Source of the DNA: the human T2T-CHM13v2.0 reference genome, Homo sapiens
Strand: one strand, 5' to 3'
DNA: 64,000 nt
Assembly: GCF_009914755.1 (NCBI RefSeq)
Contig: NC_060928.1
The notes under the pieces were generated by a model, which ran no database searches, was not told where the DNA came from, and saw only the letters and a program-made list of their open reading frames with translations. Both the position numbers and the translations under genes were made by a program. Below are positions 14,171 through 26,270 of this stretch, in pieces (the first letter of the stretch is position 1; the number at the start of each line of letters is the position of its first letter).

Positions 14171-14714
14171 AGAACAGTGTTTACCTCCTAATTCTGTTAC
14201 TCTTAGCTAATGGTGACTAATACAGCCCTTGCCTCATGCCACAATGGACTGGAGGCAATAGTCACCTTTAGTCACTGTAGTTAAATTCTGAAACTTCCAA
14301 AGAATGTTTCTCCCCTCCACCTTGAACAATTTTTATCCTAAAAGAGGAGATCCTCTGACATGGGTTCAGGACAGGCGTGGTGCACAGGATGAGGATTGTT
14401 CTTAGAAAAGAGGGGTGCCGCAATGCCTGTAATCGTGGGTTTGTGAGGAGGACCAGAGGGAATGGCAGACCGCAGGTACTCAATAAGTGATAAATGCTTA
14501 CTTTCCTGTTATCTACTTTGTGTATCTGGAACGTAGCCAGATATTTCATGGGAGCAAGCTGACTGCTAGCTCCCTTAGAATAGTAGAAAAAGAGCAAAAA
14601 GATAGGTTACTTCCTATCTAATATACTTTTGCAGTCTATTTTCACTGGACATTTAAAACAATGAAAGATAAAGAAACTGATGCTCAGGGAGCTTGTGACC
14701 CAAATTTACTACTG

Positions 14715-14920
14715 AAAAACAAACAACCCCATTAAAAAGTGGGCAACGGACATGAACAGATACTTTTCAAAAGAAGACATACATGTGGACAACAAGCACA
14801 TGAAAAAATGCTCAACATCACTGGAGAAATGCAATTCCAAACCACAGTGAGATACCATCTCACACCAATCAGGATGACTACTATTGAAATGTCAGAAAAT
14901 AACAGATGTCAGTGAGGTTG
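14715..14920 (+). mobile_element. Internal L1P ORF2 3' fragment
   Basis: aacaaccccattaaaaagtgggc...caaaagaagacatac...accacagtgagataccatctcacacc; no poly(A) or TSD. Confidence 0.85.
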
Positions 14921-15060
14921 TTATTAGTTATTAGTAACATATTTATTATTATTAGTAGTAGTAACATATTTATTTAAATTTCATGTATTTACTTTAAAAT
15001 TGTTATAATGTCTATAATTTATGTTTAATTTAAAATACCTCAAACTTGACAGTATGACAT

Positions 15061-15412
15061 TGCTGTGGTTTGAATGTCTGTCCCCTTCAAATTTATATAT
15101 TAAAATACTAATCCCCAAAATGATAGTATTAGGAGATAAGGCCTTTGGGAGGTGATTAGGTCATGAAGACAGAGCCTTCATAACTGGGACTAATGACCTT
15201 ATAAAAGAGACCACAGAGGACTAACTAGCTCCCTGTGCTACATGAGCTTGAGTAAGAACACAGCTCTCTATGAGGAAGTGGGCCTTCACCAGACACCAAG
15301 TCAGCTAGAACCTTCATCCTAGACTTCCTGGCCTCCAACTGTGAGAAATCTCTCTTGTTTATAACCACCCAGTCCATGGTATTTTGTTAAAAAGCCCAAA
15401 CAAAATAAGAGA
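15061..15412 (+). mobile_element. MLT1A-type MaLR solo LTR
   Basis: tgctgtggtttgaatgtctgtcccc...ggcctttgggaggtgattaggtcatg...cccagtccatggtattttgtt; near 5-bp TSD gacat/gagat. Confidence 0.82.
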
Positions 15413-15734
15413 GAGATATGTATTTATTTCAGTTTACATCATAGGAGCAATTAGTTAATATTTTAAGTATTCTAATCAGAAATATACACACTGAGTGACT
15501 CAAAAAGTACTCGCTTAGTTAACATTTGGAAAAAAATAAGAACAAAACCCTAAAATAACAGCAACATAAAAACAGAAGCCCAAGCTCCAGAATAGACTGT
15601 TTCTAATTTATAGCTGTCTTTATCTTTCCAAAATATTGAATGGTTGTTAAATAACAGAAATGCTAGAAGTTACGGTTCATCGGTGAAAAAGTTGGTGTTT
15701 AAGATAGGGGAATGGGCTGGAAATACCATGGGAG

Positions 15735-16577
15735 AAATACGGTAGGGGGCAGGGAAGTGCTAAGAAGAGAATGGTGGGGTCCCTGGCGACAGCTCCACCC
15801 TTGGGCCTGTGCCCACGGATGTAGGTGAGGACAGGCACTCTTGTTTTCATGCCCAAATGTTGCATTTTCCAAGACCACCCTGGCCTGCCACTTCCCACAT
15901 CCTGTGTGTCTAAAAACTCCAAGACCCTAGCAGGCACAGACACAAGTGGCTGGACGTCAAGAGGAACACACCAGCAGAAGAGCACACAGGCAGCTGGACG
16001 TGGAGAGGAGCAGAGGAGCAGAAGAGCCACCAACAGGCACCAGCAGACACCAGCAGACAGGCGAATGACGTGGCGCCAAGGGGAATTTGGCCGGGGCCAT
16101 TGGAGGAGAATCTGGCCACTGAGCAGCCCAACCCCAGGGGAAAACCACCTTCTTACTCCATGCTTCTTCTGGCTCCCCATCCACCTGCTGAGAGCTACTT
16201 CCACCATTCTATGAAACCTTGGACTTATTATCCAAGGCCACACGTGATCCAATTTTTCAGGTACACCAAGTCAAGAACCCTGGGATACAGAAAGCCCTCT
16301 GTTCTTGCAGTAAGGCCCATGATCTATTTGAACAGATTAACACAAGCTGCCTACAGATGGCAAAACGAAAAGAACACACTGTAACAGACACCCACCGGGG
16401 CTTCAGGAACTGTAAACATTCACCCCTAGACACTGCCATGGGGTTGGTTGGAGCCCGCAACCACAACCTGCCTGTCTGCATGTTCCCCCTAGAGGTTTGA
16501 GCTGCCAGGCACCAAAGAAGCAAGCCGCACCCCCACCACCGGCCCTGCAAGGAGGATAGGGAACTTTTCCCATTTCA
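15735..16577 (+). mobile_element. LTR1-family (HUERS-P2/ERV1) solo LTR, copy 1
   Basis: cccaaatgttgcattttccaagaccaccctggcc...ttccccctagaggtttgagc...catttca; 4-bp TSD ggag (15731-15734 / 16578-16581); 5' TG mutated. Confidence 0.8.
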
Positions 16578-17594
16578 GGAGCGCAGCTGGCCTTGCATGA
16601 GTAGAGTGTAGGAATGGAATGAGCTTAATTACATCTATGATTCAAAATGACGCTTGGGACTCTCCGTTCTGCTTTTGGCCACTTAGGACTCTTGGAAAAA
16701 AGCAAAGCAAAACAAAACTAAGTTCTTTCATTAGCCTAAACTGGCAGCTATCTTGGTAAAAATTTTAGGCAATGTACTGTTATATCTAGCTACAAGTTCA
16801 GAGACCAGGGTTTCATTGAGTTTATATAATAGGAAGAGTGAATGTTTTATTGCCTACTTAATGATAAATATTTAATGTCTCTTAGATTTGATCTGAGATT
16901 TTTTCATTGTAACATGCCACCTGATAGCTTGCGATAGGCAAAAGAAAAAGAAAAAAAAATTCTCACCCTCTTCTAACTAACTGAAAGTTAATAGTATTTT
17001 GTAAAGTAACTACATAATTCTGAAAAACCAAATTGACATAAGTCATAACAATATCCCATCTAGCCTGTGACAGAGCTGCAGGATTCAATCCCAGGACTGA
17101 TTCACTGGCCCCCCTGGGTCATTATGCCTCTTTAGAGAATCTCTCTGCTGTATGTATCACTAATTATAATCCTGGGCTGGATTTAAAAATAATCGGACTG
17201 ACCAGGTGGTATGAATCTGTCATTCTGACTTTTCAAATTCCCTGGTCTCCAAAAGCCGACTGTGGTTCACAGTGCTTTGACAGAAGTTTCAGGCTTGCGG
17301 TTTTGTGTTTCCATAAGGGTCGTTTGGCAAGACAAGCTTCGTGTTAAGGTGGGATTCGACATGCCTAAGCCTTTTCCTTAAAACTTTATTACTGTGAATA
17401 ACTCAGTTTTGATAAATTAATCTGGTGGGAAACTTTTCTTCAAGCGTACTGTATTACCTGTGGGAACTTAGGTTCCAATAGAAGCAAATCTAACTTCCAT
17501 CAGCAAGAGAACCAGTAGAACACGGGAGTTAAATCAAAATGTTTTAGGCTTTCTTCTTTCAAACTTGCACGACGAAAAGATAGAATTATAGTAT

Positions 17595-18448
17595 TGATAC
17601 AGGAGTGCTGGGAAGGGAAGAGCCTGGTCCCCTTAAATGATACAGAGTACGGGAAGGGAAGTGCCGGGTAGAGGAGGGCGTGGTCCCTGGCTAGGGTTCC
17701 ACCCCCACGGACCTAGCTGAGGGCAGGTACTCCTGCCTTCGCACCCAAATGTTGCATTTCCCAAGAACACCCTGGCCCGTCACGCCCCCATCCTGGGCCT
17801 ATAAAAGCCCAAGACCCTAGCAAGGCAGAGACACAAGCAGCTTGATGTCGTGAGGAACACCTAGGTGGAAGAAGACACAAGTGGCTGGCCTTGGCGAGCC
17901 TGCCAGTGGAAGAGGACACTGACGGATGCTGGCACACTGGCAGGGCATCCACCGGTGGCACGAGGTGGAGTTTGGTGGGGGCAGTCGGAAGAGAGTCGGA
18001 AGAGAGCCGGATGCCCCCGAGTGGCCCAACTCCAGGGGACAACCATCTCCCTTCTGACTGCCCCATCGGCGGAGAGCTACTTCTACTCAATAAAACCTTG
18101 CGCTCATTCTCCAAGCCTATGTGTGATCGGATTCTTCCGGTACACCAAGGCAAGAAACCCTGGGATGCAGAAAGCCGTCTGTCCTTGTGATAAGGAAGGG
18201 GGTCTGAGAAATTGAGCTGATTAACACAAGCCGCCTATGGATGGCTAAACTAAAAGCACCCTGTAACACATGCCCACTGGGGCTTCGGGCTGTAAACACT
18301 CACCCCTAGACACTGTTGTACGGTTGGAGCCCCACAGCCTGCCCGTCTGTATGCTTCCCTAGAGGTTTGAGCAGGGGGACACTGAAGAAGCGAGCCACAC
18401 CCCTATCACATGCCCTGTGAGGGGGACAAGGGAACCTTTCCTGTTTCA
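17595..18448 (+). mobile_element. LTR1-family (LTR1B-like) solo LTR, copy 2
   Basis: TG...CA termini (tgatacagg...gtttca); 4-bp TSD gtat (17591-17594 / 18449-18452); TATA box cctataaaag at ~17798; AATAAA at ~18089. Confidence 0.87.
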
Positions 18449-19408
18449 GTATCAGCATATAAAGGAACAAAAAAAAAATTTTTTTGAGAGAAAAAAATAT
18501 GCTAAGCAAAACAGACCTTTTATTATACCACCAGAATAATAGTTGATAAGCAATGAAATATCCCCCAAACTGTAGATCCATAGCTTTATACCTGTCGAAC
18601 CTAGCACACAGTTCAAATTGTATTGCAGGGGTTTTAACAAGATGCTCAGAGAGAAATGATACACATGACACTATTAGCGGATACAAAACCTTGGTGCCCA
18701 GAAGAAGAATATATTGTTGATTAGTTTTCAACCAACCTGATGGCTACAGCTAGATCTACGGATATAGGTCACAGTAATTAAAAGGGCCCAATCTTTTCCC
18801 TTTTTACATGAGACAGTATAAATCCTCACATGTTGATGAATTCTTGATAAATCCAGTTTTATTCAGAGTGAATGATGCAGTCAGATCTTTCTAATCTAGT
18901 TTTTATAGCACTTGTACATAGTAAGCGATGGGTGCTGTGATCTAGAACATATATATTGCCCTTTTTAATATTTGGAAAGCAAAATTTTGTTTCTACTCAG
19001 ATGAATAATAATCAAACAAAAGGAACAAAAATTCCCCCAGTAAATGTGAAGAGGGTAGTTCAAACAAGATTAAATTGAACAATGTAGGATTTTTTTGAGC
19101 ATCTCCTAGTGGCAGCATATCTTATACTTTTGAAAACAGTGGTCAAACTTGTAATAAGCTTTCTTTCATCTATTTTGTCATTAATTTGGATGATACTGAT
19201 GATAAACTTTGACTGAACTCCACAGAGAAAATCAAACAGATCATTCCAAGGAATTTGTAAATTTTTTTTTTTACCATATATTAGTGGACAGGATTTAAGT
19301 ATATAAAATGCACATATCACTTTTTCTCTATCCCTTCCCTTTTCGTTTTTGGAGACAGTGAGAGGGATGGTAGTGGGAATGTGGTAATGAGGATAAGGTA
19401 CTGAGATC

Positions 19409-19641
19409 CAGGACAGGAACTAGAGTGAGGAGAGTTAGGCACTTGCCTTGAAGAGTAAAATGAAAGAGGGACCCCCAAACTCAGTCGTCCAGATAATATT
19501 TTAATGCAGTATTTTTAAAAAACCCACAAAAATAGTGAAAAAGATTCATGATAAACAAAATATCCACTTTTAAGTAAATACGGAGTAATGTTACTTATTT
19601 TTTCTTTTGTGTCAGGCTCTGATATGGTTTGCTCAGTATTG
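19409..19641 (+). mobile_element. hAT MITE, MER96B-like
   Basis: caggacaggaactagagtgagg...aaactcagt...ttttcttttgtgtcaggctc...agtattg; degenerate 8-bp TSD ctgagatc/ttgagaac. Family name from recall. Confidence 0.6.
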
Positions 19642-21845
19642 TTGAGAACTCTGTTCAAAAATTCATTTTCTAAGAATCATTAATTTTGAAAATAAAACAT
19701 AAATTCTGATAGCACCAAGACCAGTATCTGTTTTATTTTTATGAACATTTACATTTACGTAGTTATATAAGTAAGTAAATATTCGGGCACAATATACAGC
19801 AAGACATTTAAGAAAATGAAGAGAAAGGAGACTAAGTTTCATGTCTTTAAGAAATTAATTTTTTTAAGATTTTAATCATTTTTTCTAATTATAGGTAAAT
19901 ATATGGTTATTGTAACTGATTCCAAAAATACAAGAAAATATGAAAAATAAATGGCCAATAACTCTACAATCTAGAAATAAAGTTGTAAATATTTTGATGT
20001 GTTGGTTTCTAGATTTTGTACTTCACTTACATGCAAATATCTTTTAAAACAAAATATTGGATTTTTAGTTTAATAATTAATTTTTTCCTTGAAAATGGAA
20101 ACTACGGGTTAGTGGGAATATAGACAGTTTTGAGACCAAAGAGGCATATTAAAACTGCCTTTCTAAAGCTTACGTTAAATTATTCCCCATCCTCAAGTAA
20201 TGTGTGATTTAGCCTGTTTCTTTGAATACATAACAAGTTCTATCCTTTTTATTTTTGACAGTCTGAAGATGGCAATTAAAAAACAAACAAAACAACACTG
20301 TGAGCCCATTGTTGTTTAAAGCCATCTATTCATCTTAAGATTTCATGGCATACTAATAACACTATTTATAATCACCTTTGTCACACTTTATTATTTATCA
20401 GTTTCAGTTCCTCTTTTTTGTTCTCTTTATACTAAAATCACCTACAGGGAAATATTTACAACTTTTTCATGTTGGTTTAAGCCTTTCCTACAGAGTTTTT
20501 GCTTTAATACTGACAGACCAAAAGCTTCACCATGGCTCAGTTTTACTTTGTTTTGTTTGCTCCTCAATCCTTATAATATTGTTAAATTTTTCTTTAAGAT
20601 GTTAGACTTTTCTCAGAATATATTCAGATTTTGATTACTTATCCATGTAATTATATGGGAAACTGTACATTCACATCTCAATTCAGACCATGAAAGCTTA
20701 CTTCTACTAAGTATTCCCACGGTGATACCCTTCCATTTGCTATTCAGGAATACCACTTACCTGCAGATCCATCATTTGCTTCTGGATATTCCCATGCACA
20801 ATGGAAGATTTTCTTTCTTGTTTTAAAATTTTTAAAAATTCTGTATTTAGTGACTTGTTTACAGAACGTGTTCCCTTTTTTAAAAAAATTTAAACAAAGT
20901 TCATCAGTCTCTCATAGAAATGGTTTTTGTGTGTGTGGGTTTTTTTTGTTTTTGTTTTTGTTTTTCTCCATTATAGGACGTGAACCTGACAAAGTTGTTC
21001 ACAGGTCCGCTAGCTTTAAGTACAACGGGATTTCTGTATTCAAAAGACTATACTCAGTGCTTAATCAAATCCTGTCACACTAAAGTCAAATTTAGTTCTC
21101 TAGGAATCAAAGTCTACGTTCTTTCAAGACTATTTCCCACATCAGTGATATGATTATCAGCTTTTATAATTCTGCTATTTATTACTTCAATTATATTTCA
21201 AAATTTTAACATCACATTCTTTTTTTCAAAAAGTTTCACAAATATCTTACTTAGAACCATTTAAATGTCTACTTCCTTGTAATTCAATTCACGTTTAATC
21301 CCCTCTTGTATTTTTCTTGTCATCTCCCTTTCCTTCTTTGTTTCACAATAATTACATTTTATTGATTATAAAGCAGATGCTATATGAGATTTCCTTTTGT
21401 TTTCAGTAATGATTCTTTCTTTTATATTACGTTCTTTTACTATGTTTGCTATAGAATATTTTCATAGACACATTTAGGCTTCATTTGTGTGTGTATACTG
21501 TGGCTTCTGTTAACTTAAATTCTGGATCAAATTTTACGCTAATATTGCTTTCATAAAGAAGGTTGCTAAACTGTTTCTGGGGCTTTTTCTTTAACATTTA
21601 GATAGAATTGAGACTGATTCTTCAGTCTCAAGTTAGCAGCCTTGTTTGCTAGTTCATTTAGGAGAGTTGGGAGGGAGGCAAAAACATGGAAAATTTTACT
21701 AGATAACTTCTGCAAGATTTCTTCCTAATTTTGTCGGAATTCATATGCACAGGTCCAGGCCCAATAGACCTAGCCACATCTTTTTGCAAACTCATGGATA
21801 GCTCTGTTTGGTCTTTCTCATGATAAGAACTATTAAATATAATGT

Positions 21846-21920
21846 ATTTTTGGTGCAAAAATAACTGCGGCTTTTGTTAAAAGTAATAGCAGAAACTGCA
21901 TTACTTTTGCACCAACATAA
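21846..21920. mobile_element. MADE1 (Hsmar1 mariner-derived palindromic MITE)
   Basis: tggtgcaaaaataactgcgg...actgcattacttttgcaccaacataa matches the MADE1 inverted-terminal-repeat structure; followed by TA. Confidence 0.88.
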
Positions 21921-21964
21921 TAGTTTCATAAGGCTGTATCTCCAGAGTCTCTGATGCTATTCTC

Positions 21965-22750
21965 TCCCAAACGATATCTACACTTAAATGCCTACCTCAA
22001 AATTAACATTTAAATATGAAACATTAATCTTTCTCTATATTTTCTTCTCTGATTTGCCCATCACAGTGAATGCCACTATTCAATTGGCCAAGCCAGAATA
22101 AAAGTATCATTTTTTTACTCATCCTTCTTTGTCACTCCCTCAAAATAACAATTTCCAAGTTTTTTCAATTTAACTTCTATTGTGTGGATTACTGTGATAA
22201 CCTCTTTACTAGTCTTACTACATTTAATCACAACCACCTTCAATTCTTTCTCTCCACAGTGGATATAGTGATTTTTCTAAAATAAAATACCATTCAATTA
22301 TTGGATAAAAAGGAACACCTCCTTATCAAGCTTTAAAAAAGGCCATGCTGTTAAAAACTATTATCGAATTCTTCCTGAATTGAGTGTACTGTTTATATGT
22401 CCAGGCTTCCTCCATACTACCCCCTTCCTCTGATTGCACTGCATCTATAATAAACTATTTCGGGTCATGAAATGAATTATTCTCTCACCCCCAACCATTG
22501 CACATGGTCTTCATTCTCTACAGAATACTCTTCCTGCTCATTGCCTTTCATTTCCTCACCCTGCTCCCTATACAGCTGCCCTTTATTATGTTCCCACATC
22601 ATTCTGCATTTCCAACAACATCGTACTCTTCTTAATAGATTATAACTGCTTGTCTAATTATTAATTTCCCCTGAAAAATATAAATTCTGTGAGGAGAGAA
22701 TCTGTCTGGGCATCAGTGTGTTGTAGTACCAGCCTCTGTACCCAGTGCTG
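21965..22750 (+). mobile_element. L2 LINE remnant
   Basis: Pyrimidine-rich L2 text (cccatcacagtgaatgcc, ggattactgtgataacctc, tctccacagt...gtgatttttctaaaa, aaattctgtgagg). Confidence 0.6.
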
Positions 22751-24418
22751 AAGGCCTTAGCTTGGGCTGCCACCATAGACTCCATTTATTGCAGGCAATT
22801 GAGGCTGCCCTGGATATTGGCATCTTTTCAGTATCTAAAGTGATTTTAGCTGAGTATTCCTTATGTGTCGTTTAGGACTCTCCTCATTGTAGGTGATAGA
22901 AGTTCTACTTTAACTTACTTTCAAAAGTGACGATGTGTTGGAAGATTAGGGGCAACTAAACCTTAGGAAGAACAAGGATGCAAGCTGGATCTTAAAAAGA
23001 GCTGAAAGAAGAGAATGAAGCAGTCTGGACTCTCCCTGGCTTTTATCATTGTGTCTCTCCATATATTAGCCATCTTTCTTCTTGGTAGAGAAGGGCTTTT
23101 TGCGTGTGTACAATTCCTGATCCACAGTACTTCCAAATGTATGTTCAATATCCTGGGAAGAAACAGTTGACCTGGACTACATCAGGTAACTTAATGCACT
23201 CATTATGGTAACCACATGGCTGTAGGAAAGCCTGGTGCCTAGACAAAGAGGACAACGCTGTCTGAAAAACACAAGTTTCTCAGGCTGGCTCTATTTTCAT
23301 TTCTGAATCTAATGTAGGAGTTTATTCTGGGATCAAGAACCCCTTATTATTTTTTTTCAAAAGCCATATTTGTTTTTGGAAATTTGATTTCCAAATTAGC
23401 AAGTGAGGCCCTCTCTAGTCTGAACCTATCTGCATTGTATCTGTTGCATTCTCAAGGTTTCTACAGGTTAATAGCCCATCTTCCTAGTTTTCAGAACTGT
23501 TGCATATTCTACCTTGTATTTTCTTTTCGAGTTTGTGGAAGTAGTAGTCAGATATTTCAAACTCTCATAGTTCCCTCAAACTGTTTTCCTAGAGATTAAT
23601 TTATACCTTAAAATTAAAATCACTTAGCTTTTTTTCTCAGTACAAGAATTAAATTGGAAAACAGTTACCCATTTAAGTTAAAAGTTATCTTAAATAAAAG
23701 GAAAAACATTTCAGATCTGGCACTAGATAAACCCACTGAAAAACATTATCAACAGAAGAAAGGATCTAGCTCTTCCTCTCAAACATCGTTAATCATCATC
23801 TTAATATCTGATCCACAAATCATCACTGCTGTTTGGAAAATCAAGCTCATAGCTCAATGACAGCATAATTATTTTAAAACTAAAGGAATAACACATGTAT
23901 TTTCCATAAAAAAACTAGATTATAAAATGTTTTTTGTTTTTACTAATATTTTTCTTCATACATATTTAATTTAATAAATATAGATGTAATATTTATGGAA
24001 AATTGTGCTGCTTTTTCATTTTGAAAATTAATAGAAGATCTGTGAAATATATAACATGGTTGCAGAAAATGCTCCATGTATTAACTATGAGAAAATATCA
24101 ATTACTTAATATATACTTTCACATACATATAGTATTTGTGTTTGTCACAAACACAATGTCTTTGTGACCTAGACAAATGTTTTAAAAGTCCACAGATAAT
24201 AAATAGTATAAATCTCAAGAAATGTTATGGTTGATTCTGTTGATTTACACTAATTTAAATGTTTATGTGATAGGGATAAATGCCGTTATTTTCTAAGCTC
24301 TGTTTTTTATATAGCTTTTTAAAAGCTTCTTAGTATTGTTAAGAAGCTTTCCTTATAGAGGAATCAAAAATAATCCCATGATATTAGTCCAATATGTGCC
24401 ATCGTTTTTTGGAATTAT

Positions 24419-25625
24419 CCCCTGTGGCTGCTTTCACAAGCTGGCATTGAGTGCCTGCAGCTTTTCCAGGTGCATGGTGCAAGCTGTCATAGATCCATCA
24501 TTCTGGGGTCTGGAGGACAGTGGCCCTCTTCTCACAGTCTCACTAGACAGTGCTCCAGTGGGTACTCTGTGTGGGGGCTCCAAACCCACATTTCCCTTCC
24601 GCATTTCCCTAACAGAGGTTCTCCATGAGGGCTCTGCCCATGCAGCAGACTTCTGCCTGGGAATCCAGCCAGGCATTTCCATACATCCTCTGAAATCTAG
24701 GCAGAGGTTCCCAAACCTCAACTCTTGTCTTCTGTGCACCTGCAGGTCCAACACATGTGGAAGCCACTAAGGTGTGGGGCTTGCACCCTCTGAAGCCACA
24801 ATCCAAGTTGTACCTTGGCTCCTTTTAGCCACGGCTGGAACTGGAGCTGCTGGGATGCAGGGTACCAAGTCCCATAGCTGCACAGATCAGTGAGGCCCTG
24901 GACCTGGCCCAGATCCACAAAGCTATTTTTTCCTCCAAGGCCTCAGGTCTGTGATGGATGGGGCTGCTATGAAGGTCTCTGGCATGCCCTGGAGACATTT
25001 TCCTCATTGTCTTGGCTATTAACTTTCAGCTCCTCATTACTTATTCAAATTTCTTCAGCTGGCTTGAATTCCTCCCCAGAAAATAGGGTTTTTTTTTTCT
25101 ACCACACGGTCAGGCTGCAAATTTTCCAAACCTTTATGCTCTGCTTTCCTTTTAGACATAAGTTCCGATTTCAAACTATCTCTTTGTGAATGCATGGAAC
25201 CAAATGCATTCGGAATAAGCCAGGTCAACTCTTGAATGCTTTGCTGCTTAGAAATTTCTTTTGCCAGATACCCTAAATCATCTCTCTTAGGTTCAAAGTT
25301 CCATAGAGCTCTAGGACAGGGGCAAAATGCCACCAGTCTTTTTGCTAAAGCATAGCAAGAGTGACCTTTGCTCCAGTTCCCAATAAGTTCCTCATTTCCA
25401 TCTGAGATCACCTCAGCCTGGACTTCATTGTCCATATCAATATCAGCATTTTGTTCAAAACCATTCAACAAGTTTCTAGGAAGCTCCAAACTTTCCCACA
25501 TCTTCCTGTCTTCTTCTGAGCCCTCCAATCAGTTCCATCCTCTGCCTGTTACTCAGTTCCAAAGTTACTTCCACATTTTCAGGTTATCTTCATAGCAGTA
25601 CCCCACTATCCTGGTACCAATTCTC
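24419..25625 (-). mobile_element. THE1D-internal (MaLR) sequence, 3'-truncated
   Basis: Homologous to the MSTA internal region at 37139-38766; includes the decayed MaLR ORF 25055-25528 (MEGSEEDRKMWESLELPR...). Confidence 0.88.
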
Positions 25626-25996
25626 CATATTAGTCCATTTTCACATTGCTATAAAGATACTACTGGAGACTGGGTAATTTATAAACAAAAGAGATTTAAT
25701 TGACTCACAGTTCTGCATGGCTGGGGAAGCCTCAGGAAACTTATAATCATGGTGGAAGGCAAAGGGGAAGCAATGCACGTCTTACATGGTGGCAGGAGAG
25801 AGACAGCAAGCAAAGGGGAAGTGCCACACTTTAAAATAATAAGATCTCATCAGAACTCCCTCGCTATCATGAGAACCACATGGGGGAAACAGCCCCCATG
25901 TTCCAATCACCTCTCACCTGGTCCCTCCCTCAACACATCGTGGGGATTACAATTCAAGATGAGATTTGGGTGGGAACACAGAACCAAACCTTATCA
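25626..25996 (-). mobile_element. THE1D 5' LTR
   Basis: tattagtccattttcac...ttaattgactcacagttc...gagatttgggtgggaacacagaaccaaaccttatca. Confidence 0.9.
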
Positions 25997-25999
25997 GAA

Positions 26000-26270
26000 G
26001 TATATGTATTTGAAATATATTTTGATAGTTAAACCAACATGATTTGGTGATGGATTAAATTTGGGTCTGGAGAGTGAGGGAGAGAGAGGAAATAATGCCA
26101 TTTCCTTGGTGTTTAGCCTGAACAACTGTTGACACTTTTAATGAGCCGGAGTACATGGGGAAGGCACAGGGTGGTTCCAAGGAATTAAATTTGTGACACC
26201 AATTTGACCTTCATGTGATGATATCAAGTGGCATTTTATTTGAGTCTGGAGCTCAGGAAAGAGGCTGTTA
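26000..26270 (-). mobile_element. L2 fragment
   Basis: gatttggtgatggattaaat...gcctgaacaact...gagtctggagctcaggaaagaggctg. Confidence 0.6.

Noticed and set aside
15677-18299. Cluster of overlapping 60-191 aa ORFs on both strands
   Set aside because: Artefact of GC-rich, stop-poor LTR1 sequence
15735-18448. Single provirus with two LTRs and a 1-kb internal region
   Set aside because: Each LTR has its own distinct TSD, and the spacer shows no PBS or polypurine tract
24381-24395. tattagtcca as a remnant of the missing THE1D 3' LTR
   Set aside because: Only ~10 bp match and no TSD corresponding to the other end; could be chance
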